Source: Catajapyx aquilonaris
Lineage: Eukaryota
Reading direction: 5' to 3'
Length of the DNA: 34,235 nucleotides
Assembly: GCA_000934665.2 (NCBI GenBank)
Contig: JYFJ02001009.1
Span: 62,001-96,235, forward strand
A program made the position numbers and the translations under genes. The notes under the pieces are model-generated. The model worked only from the letters and a program-made list of their open reading frames with translations, did not search any database and was not told the origin of the DNA. Every line of letters starts with the position of its first letter. Within the stretch, counting starts at the first letter, position 1. Below are positions 23,601 through 34,235 of this stretch, piece by piece.

Positions 23601-25825
23601 AAGGGGACTGCGGAAATAACCGAGGCTGCTATAACCGAGAGTTGCTTAAAGCCGAGACTCTACATCCTCATTTCCTATGCTATACTTGCGGCATTATCAT
23701 TACTAATACAGTCTTCATTTTGAATTGATAGTATAGAGTGAAGGTTATCCGCAGGTACTGTACGGCACTTTCTAGCTGCAGCATTGGCAGGTGCATCACC
23801 TGCTACCACACTCACCCACACATCCTCCATGGTGTACCCTCTGTACTGTAATTGAGAGAGAGAGAGAGCCCCTCCCAATGAAACCAACTCTCCAACAAAC
23901 CACGCGCAACTCTCTTTTTCTGAGAATCCAACACGACGTCACCCACCAACACGAGTCTAGTGGGTGGTTGGGGGGGTGAAGTTGGGCGTCCCCCAGGCAA
24001 AGGCTTTGACCACTGGTAGAGGAGGAGGAGCTCAGGAGGATCAAGGGCCCCCTTTCCCTTTTTATTTCCCCGGACACAGTGTTGCCCTGCTGTTGTAAAA
24101 GCACACAATATGTATGGCCTTGTTTTGTCCTAGGACATATTGTTTATTAATAAGCAACAGGTCGTTCAACCTGCACCTGTTTTAACACCTGTAATCATAT
24201 TTCCCCCCCATCAACAAACATCATGAAAGTACAGTAAATGTAAAAGTTGTTGAGCTCTTTTTACAAAAATATGTGGGTCATACTTTTCACTTGGTTTCAA
24301 TTGAAGATGGAAAGGTTTTCGTGGAAAGTTGTACGCAGTTGGATTTTTTAACGACCTTGAGAACATTTTTGCACGCTATAACCAACATATGTGATGTAAT
24401 TGCAATTTTTTTTTGCAGTCAGGGAAATATGTATAGATGCGCTTTAGTGCACTCTGAGAGTTATCATTTTTACAGATTTCTACAGGTGAATTCGTCAACC
24501 TTGAAGTGTGCAAAAAAAATGTGCGAATTTATTCCTGATATGACAGTGCACAGTATCATTTTTACAGATTTTTTTTTATAGGTAAATCGTCAACCTTGAA
24601 GTGTGCAAAAAAAATTTGCGAATTGTTTATCCCTGATATGACATTTTAGTGCACTGTACGAGTATCATCTGTAAAGGTAAATCGCCAACCTTGAAGTGTG
24701 CAAAAAATGGCGAATTGGTTTTTTTTGCTGATATGACATTTTAGCCAGTCCTTGACCTTTGCGGATGTAATATTTTGTGTACCCAGAATCATTTGAATTT
24801 TGCAATGAATGGAATGGCTTGTTTTTTTCTGCACAAATTTTGCGAATGGATGAAAAGACCTGTTGATGATTCATGCCACGTGTTTGGATTATCAAATTTA
24901 ATTGGAAGATTTTTTAAAACAAACTTGATCTGGCAGGGGAAAAGCCAGATGGGAAAATACGCAGTAATGTTGCTATCAATTACATTTTTTTTTTCTGCAG
25001 CTGACAAGTGTCTGTAATAAGCCGACGTACTGTACTTTCAAATGATCCAGGATGTTTACATATGACACCGGTTTGCTTATTATTTCGCAGGAGCGCTTGC
25101 GATTGAAATTGTCTAGGATGTTGCAATCATCTGTACGACACACAGAATAATAATTGCAACAAGTTTCAAGAAGGGAGATGTTCATACACACCATAAAATT
25201 CCTGTGAAAGTATTGGCATATGTCCAAGTTGTTCGCTGGAATCGACGGCAAATACCTTTTTACATAATACTAGTAGCGCTACTCAATTCAATGAGCTGTT
25301 GCTAAGTCATGCTACGTACATTACTAATTATTTACAGATTAAGCCGTTGTCGTCGACTGCAATTACCGTAACCAAGAGCTGTAACCGATTGTAACACGCT
25401 TTATTCCAGATGTACCCATGCTACGTAGTGTTCCAGTGGGAAACGGATGTCGTATGCGACATATCGACTCCAGGTGCTGCCCCCCATACGTCAGAGGCTT
25501 CCAGTCCGATCGCAGGAGCTTTGGCGGCTGTCATAATATCCGTCGGTTTAGTCGGAATGGTTATGCTGGTCTTGTGGAATCCTGATAGACGGAGGAGGAT
25601 CAACATGTGGGCAAAGAATCTGCTTGGACTCGGAAGCCGTGACACAGTCCACTACAGCAAGGTACGGTTTCCTCTCGCATGTGTCCTTCAAAAGTGATGT
25701 AACATTTCACACTTTTGCAGATTAATACGGATGACCCTGACAGTGAAGCTGCTTTGCTGTTGGGAACCAGCGAATCGCAACCGCCTCTGATTCAAGTAGA
25801 TAGCGACGATGAACTTTTAACTTAA
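14625..25825 (+). CDS. IGF2R: Cation-independent mannose-6-phosphate receptor / LERP-family type I membrane protein, ~1269 aa, 8 MRH repeats; exons 14625-14734, 14794-14993, 15068-15183, 15587-16176, 16277-16601, 16662-17308, 17366-17516, 17579-17724, 17785-17903, 17960-18438, 18493-18639, 18704-18877, 18947-19195, 25410-25661, 25721-25825
   Basis: Signal peptide MRLFVVLWAVVGACHA; repeated C..(Y/F)DL..L...IN(V/I)C...I.F.C...W.T..AC units; transmembrane IAGALAAVIISVGLVGMVMLVLW; cytosolic YSKI sorting motif and terminal DSDDELLT (DxxLL). All 14 introns GT-AG and in phase. Confidence 0.93.
15266..15490. mobile_element. MITE-like element in receptor intron 3
   Basis: Terminal inverted match TTACATGTGAGC (15273-15284) / GCTCACATGTAA (15468-15479) and internal repeated GCTCAGCGATG. 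Accounts for this intron being ~400 bp while neighbours are ~60-100 bp. Confidence 0.55.
19691..22794 (-). CDS. Toll: Toll receptor, multiple-cysteine-cluster (Toll-1-like) type, ~1010 aa; exons complement(21436-22794, 19691-21364)
   Basis: Signal peptide MAALTVFIVLLAVVSSYA, Cys cap, many LxxLxLxxN repeats, LRRCT NPLYCNC, second LRRNT CPENCTC, LRRCT NPWICDC, transmembrane helix, TIR domain ([66 protein letters not shown]). A 71-bp GT-AG intron joins the two ORFs; an acceptor at 22850-22851 implies an upstream non-coding exon. Confidence 0.96.
24465..24745. repeat. Three diverged tandem copies of a ~95-bp unit
   Basis: AGGT.AAT(T)CG.CAACCTTGAAGTGTGCAAAAAA..GCGAATT..CTGATATGACA recurs at ~24484, ~24580 and ~24675. 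Confidence 0.88.
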
Positions 25826-26699
25826 AAAAAAAAAAGGCACAGCGTCATAACTGGCCCACCGAATTTTGCTTTTTTAAAATATTTAAAAAAAAAAACTGGG
25901 TCTAGTCACGACAAATTTTGTTCAACCTCCCCTTTCTGTTCAACGAAGAAAAAAAAAAGCATCTCCAAAGATTCCCAAGCTTTATTTTTATCCGCACTTA
26001 AAAAAATAATAATAAGCACATGTTTGATAATAAAAAATAACCTATTGTTGTGATGTAAATGATGAAGTCAAAGCAGTGGGGTTGAAATGTCTTCCACTCA
26101 AGTCTGATCTCAATGCTTTAAAAGATATACCTTTGTTGCTTTGTTGTTGTTTTGGGAGGGTAATGTTGTTTTTTTTTAAAACACCCAAAAGTCAATGTTT
26201 GTAATTTTTCCTGGTTGAGGGGAAGGCTCAACTTCGGTAGAGTCTGCGAGCAATATTCAGTGTTACACGTGGTTTATATTATTCGGAGCGGAGGGGGAAA
26301 AAAAAGCTGTTATTGTATGAGAGCAATTGAGAAGACGAGAAATAAAAAATCCGCGAAGTTGTATCACCGTTTGAGAAATTATGACTAATCATTTTACAAA
26401 TCAAACGCCTGCTGAATATGGTACATCATAATTGCATGTTTCAAGAATTTGATGTTCATGCATGCCGTAAAAAAAAAATTCAAGTGAAACATTATTTGCT
26501 TTCGTAACAAGAGAAGTCAGTCGTATCGCTGGGGGTTATGATCACCCTTTGGACGGGAACTCGAGGAGCTTTTTTTCAAGCTGCGACTAAGTTCAACACG
26601 TCCAAACGTCAGCCTCGGCCTCAAGTTGTCATCATCCTTCTTTGTTACGTATCGGCAATGTTCATTCCCAAAAAGTGAAATAAGTGCAATGAAAATAAT

Positions 26700-26912
26700 A
26701 TCGGCAAATAATTATTTTCATGGAATCGGGAAATTATTATTTTCATGGCATCGGGGAATTATTATTTTCATGGCATCGGGGAATTATTTTCATGGCAACA
26801 ATTATTATTCTCATGGCATCGGGAAATGATTATTTTCATGGCATCGGTGGAATTATTTTCATGGCATGGGAAAATGATTATTTTCAAGGCATCGGGAAAT
26901 GATTATTTTCAT
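26700..26912. repeat. Minisatellite, ~25-28-bp unit TATTTTCATGGCATCGGG(G/A)AATTAT, about 8-9 copies
   Basis: Repeated TATTTTCATGGCATCGGG units visible directly; explains the repetitive ORFs at 26626-26927. Confidence 0.92.
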
Positions 26913-27503
26913 CACGGCAGTAAATAAGGGAAAATATCCAAGGGTTGGCTCAAAGAGTGAGACTTTATTCGTTTGATTCCACAAGTAATACTCAGCATTA
27001 CATTGCTATTACAGGAGGGGGAGGGGAAAAAAAAAATGCTGCCGTTACCGTATGGAAGAGCAATTGAGAACCAACAATTAAAACTACAAACTCTTTCATT
27101 ACATTGGCTGAAAAATTGACATGAGAAGGGTTCGGGGGAGCACATGGGGGACAAAAAATAAAACACACAAAAAAATAATAACTAGTGTTGCGAATATGGA
27201 CAATGACACTTAAAACCATTACGTCAGGAGAGGTGGGGGGACACAACTGATGTGCACTGCAGGAATGTTTCGCGTACTTGTAAAAAACATGAGAAAAAAT
27301 TTGTACCGAGACCATCCTGTCTTGGCATGCAATGTTGTGCTTGTCTCAAGACCTTTTTTTTTTTGGGTTGTAAATTCCAAAAAGATTTTTCTTTTTTTTT
27401 TGATCCATTATCCAAATAAACAAATGGGGGACACAGTGNGGGGGAAGTGGGGGAACATTTTTACTGCAACACAGTTGCCAGATCATACCATTGAAAAAGC
27501 GGC

Positions 27504-30860
<3,357 letters not shown>

Positions 30861-31564
30861 GGATGGAAGGAAAAGGTACGGCGCTTGGCAGGTACGCTTC
30901 GTGGGCTGTGCAGTACTTGCGAGAGGAAGGGAGGGAAGAAAAAAGGGGGGAACGCAACAAAGGGAGTCCCGCCAACTGAAGAAGGGGAGACTCCTCTTGT
31001 TGTGTGTGTGTTCGCTGGGCTGTTGTTGGGAGGGGGGGAAATGCCGGCCAAGCGCCCTCGCCAGGTGGCTCTGCCTACCCGCCACAGACGTATCCGGTCA
31101 ATTTGTTACTTAAAAATTATATTTAAAAAAAGCATGGGTTCATAAAAATGTATAGTTGAATGCCCTCTAACTATTGGCACCAGTGCACTGCCGCGATTGG
31201 CCAACTCAGGTCATGTGACCCGCATGGTTGCCAACAGTGGTCCAGTGTTGCCAACTTGAGCTTCGGTTGGATTCCGTTTGGCGTCGCTGTGGTCGGACAT
31301 TTTCTCTGGCGTCAACGTTATTTTGCGTGGTCTTCTTTTTGGGAGGGTTCTGGGCGTCTTTGGCGTCGATTTCTTCGAAGGAAAATACTGGGATTGTTGG
31401 CGTCGATGGTGGTGGAGCGTCGTGGGTTTGGGTGGTGGATTGGTAGGGTGGAATAGAAAGGGAAGGGGTTTTCTCTGTCCGGGGGTCATTCTTTGCTGAG
31501 TTGGTGAGGCGTCCATTTTAGTGCTCGGCGCCACTTTTGAACTGGGAACTTTTTGTGTGGAACA
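30861..31564. promoter_or_regulatory. Probable bidirectional promoter of RBBP4 and the THAP gene
   Basis: About 700 bp between divergent starts; GATTGG/TATTGG CCAAT-type sites at ~31172-31200, GTCATGTGAC at 31210-31219, two GTTGCCAAC at ~31227 and ~31247. Confidence 0.55.
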
Positions 31565-32584
31565 ATGCCGTCTTGCTGTGCGCTCAACTGTACTAATCAG
31601 ATGTTCAAAGGAAGCGGGAAGACATTCCATAGGTACATGCTTACAACAACTCATGTGTGTATGCAAAGTTCTTAATGAGTTCATTGCACAGGTTTCCATT
31701 GAGCCAACCGGATACGACCAAGCGGTGGTTGGCTAACCTCAGGAGACATGAGACATGGCGGCCGTCAAAGAACACCGTAGTTTGCTCAGACCATTTTGAG
31801 GAACCGTGCTTCGATCGGACGGGCCAGACAGTACGGTTGAGGCTTGGAGCAGCTCCGACCAAGTTCGACTACTCAACGAATCCGCAAGCGAAGGTACACC
31901 GTTAATTACATCGTAGCGAAACATATCAAAATTAAATATTTCCAGAAGGATGTGAAGCGAAAACGGCCGGCGGACAACCCATCCGGTGCCGAGCTGGTTG
32001 TGCCGTCACCGGAGCCGATTGTGACACCAACGAAAGTCGTAAGGGTGGCCAGAGAGCCGGAGTACATACCGCCGTCCAGACATCGACGTAATCCGCCAAT
32101 CAGGCCAAAAGGACGGCTGCCAATTGACCATAATTACCAAGCCAACCGGCCGCAAGTGAAATCTGATGTCACACTTCTAGTCCTGGAGCCTGGAAAGATG
32201 CCTAAGGTCGCCAGGCTTATTCCAGCGACCCGGCACACGCCGTTAATTGCACCACGACCCCATCTGGTCCCAGCGCCAGCACCGGTTGTGGCCGGGCCGA
32301 AGTCGCCGGATGCGCCAGACCATTCGTATCACAAGGCATCAGCACGCGATGCGATACTGAATCCGGTGAGGCGCAAGCTGGCTTCGGAGCGGGAACGTAA
32401 TAAAACGTTTCAGAAAAAAGTGAAGATGTACCAGCAGCAGATCAGGCGGTTAAAGGTCAAGTTGCAGTCAATTAAGGAAGTGGTGGACAGGCTCGTTGGG
32501 GAAGGCGTGATCAGTGAGGAGGCATCCGATGTGCTGAAGCGGTATTTCTCGCCTGCTCGGAGCGGTGCTTCACCCGTTACATGA
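31565..32584 (+). CDS. THAP-domain (C2CH zinc finger) protein, ~302 aa; exons 31565-31632, 31692-31893, 31946-32584
   Basis: MPSCCALNC..FHRFP..W..VCSDHFE..CF..LRLGAAPTKF (AVPTIF-box equivalent), proline-rich linker, DHNY and DHSY motifs, C-terminal coiled coil. Splice phases consistent. Confidence 0.92.
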
Positions 32585-33334
32585 GAAGCTCATCATCGTC
32601 AACACACAACAAATCATGTCTATCAAATTATTTGGGGCACATGTTGCACGTACAACAACCGCAGCCTTTGTGCACACTGTACAGACAATATGACAAGCGA
32701 AATACGAGGCATGAGCAGCAATATTTTGTCACGTCGTGTTTTGAATTTTTCATTCCGTGTCATAGTTGTCTGAGCTCCCCACACGTTATTGTAACGTATA
32801 AGTGCAAAAAAAATCATGTACATTTTGAACATATATTTCAGTAATCATGTAAAGAATTTGTTTAGTCCATATGCTACCATTAAAAGTGGTTTTGGGAGGT
32901 AATTTCTTATCAACTGATCATGCCTGAATCAATATTGCAATTACGAAATAATCATTGCAATTTTTTAATAATCCTGTTAAATTGCGGCATGTAAACCGCC
33001 ACATTTTTCCTGTTAATTTGCCAATTGCGTTAAAACCTAATCAACATCCGTACTCCACAGCATGAGATATATTATTTACAGTTCTTGCCACTTAAACCAT
33101 TTATTATGTGTGTATATTCTAGCCGACAAGTGTACTGTGCTATTTTGAGACCTGATAGATCATAATAAAGGTGTACTCATTCTCCAACAATTTATTCAAT
33201 TTAGCGCTGTTACAATTACCATACCATATCAACCTCAACATGTATTTAATCACGGTATTAAATGCTGTCCAACATTGGATAGGGGGCTCACTTAGTCAAT
33301 TAACTGCAGAGATTGTTTACCGCATTTTTGCTAG

Positions 33335-33680
33335 TACATCCTGTCGTAATTACTGTAAGTACTTTTAGTGGGATCCTACAAGTACTTACAGTAATTACGA
33401 CAGCATGTAGTTATATACAGTAATTAACAGCATATAACTACATGCTGTCTTAATTACTGTAAGTACTGTAATTACTATCACTGGGTGTTAATTACTGTAT
33501 ATAACTGCTGCCTTATTTATCGTAACTACATACGGTAATGACCGTATTTAAATGCTGTACGATTAGTACCGTATCTATATTCGTACATGCTGTCTTAATT
33601 ACTTTAACTGCATGCTGTCAATTACCGTAGCTACAAGTTGTATAAATTATCGTAATTACATATTACTACTGTAATTACTT
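33335..33680. mobile_element. Palindromic AT-rich repeat / MITE-like remnant
   Basis: 24-bp perfect inverted repeat (33341-33364 / 33380-33403), many dispersed TAATTACTGTA and CATGCTGTC subrepeats in both orientations, and a CTGGG end at ~33485 like the CCCAG start at ~588. Confidence 0.5.
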
Positions 33681-33729
33681 CTTTTTTTAATGAACAAAAA
33701 TATTGAACCATATATTTCGAACGATATTC

Positions 33730-33935
33730 CCGCCGCCAGTGACGTCACATCCGATCCGCTAAATAATGTCAAAAATTACCGATTATTTTTTTGGCGCTTC
33801 GGTCGTAAACAGCGCCTCTAGCGGCCACTTTGAGAATGTCTCTCTCTGGAGCCCCGCCTTCCCCCTCCTCCCGTCATCCGGGGGGGAAGAGAGAGGGGAG
33901 GGAATGACGTAGTTGGGCCAAGATGGCGCCCGTCG
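33730..33935 (+). promoter_or_regulatory. CpG-rich promoter-like segment with CRE, CTCF and YY1 motifs
   Basis: TGACGTCA at 33740-33747; CAGCGCCTCTAGCGGCCA at 33810-33827 (reverse complement TGGCCGCTAGAGGCGCTG, CTCF-like); CAAGATGGCG at 33919-33928. Confidence 0.65.
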
Positions 33936-33938
33936 TGG
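33923..33938 (+). CDS. Probable 16-bp first coding exon (MAPVV-) of a gene continuing beyond the window
   Basis: AAG-ATG-G start context inside a YY1-type motif, followed by donor G|GTAAGG at 33939. Too short to identify the product. Confidence 0.4.
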
Positions 33939-34235
33939 GTAAGGAACGAATTCTTAGTCTCTTTTTAACTCATTCAAATCCAATTAAAACAACTCGGTGT
34001 AAGTACTTACCCTGTTCCAAACCCGTGGAGGTTGCGCATGATGGATCTAGTGACAACCCGTTAGAATAAGTACCCCGGGTTCGTAACCTTATCTAGTAAA
34101 CGTTAAAGGCTTCAAGTGAATAATCCGCCTCCATTCCATTTTTTTTTTTCCGTGTATAAAGCGACGCCCTTTTGTGTGCTGAATGGCGTGGGATTTACTG
34201 CAAGATTATGTGATTTCCTTTGTCGTCATGCGTGG

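Noticed and set aside
23675..24110. Cluster of ORFs and a (GA)n tract upstream of Toll
   Set aside because: No recognisable motifs or consistent splice structure; probably decayed repeat or regulatory DNA.
24936..24960. Possible NF-kB/Dorsal sites (GGGGAAAAGCC, GGGAAAATAC) for Toll autoregulation
   Set aside because: Imperfect matches to a short consensus, expected by chance; Toll TSS unknown.
26626..26927. Short repetitive ORFs
   Set aside because: Translations of the minisatellite.
27439..27439. Single N base
   Set aside because: Assembly ambiguity in non-coding sequence downstream of RBBP4; no biological meaning.

Overview
Gene-dense eukaryotic genomic DNA, very likely arthropod (short ~50-80 bp GT-AG introns, protostome-type Toll). 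I rebuilt spliced models by hand with continuous reading frames for eight genes: DDX18/pitchoune (-), UBE2J1 (+), a small CXorf65/C22orf15-like gene (-) whose spliced product is absent from the ORF track, a divergent RCC1 (+), a cation-independent mannose-6-phosphate receptor/LERP-family gene with 8 MRH repeats (+), a Toll receptor (-) nested antisense in that receptor's 6.2-kb intron, RBBP4/Caf1-55 (-) with a 1.6-kb 53-bp satellite in its first intron, and a THAP-domain protein (+). Six genes form three head-to-head pairs. The window ends in a promoter-like segment (CRE, CTCF, YY1 motifs) with a probable 16-bp first coding exon. The first ~3.3 kb and several introns hold Helitron-like and MITE-like fragments. 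Most notable: an RCC1 whose nucleosome-binding loop appears charge-reversed and whose tail has a triplicated NLS-like repeat, its tight pairing with the CXorf65-like gene, the nested Toll, and an intact Q-R-E-Y sugar-binding signature in receptor repeat 3. Family assignments come from recalled sequence motifs; no database search was run.
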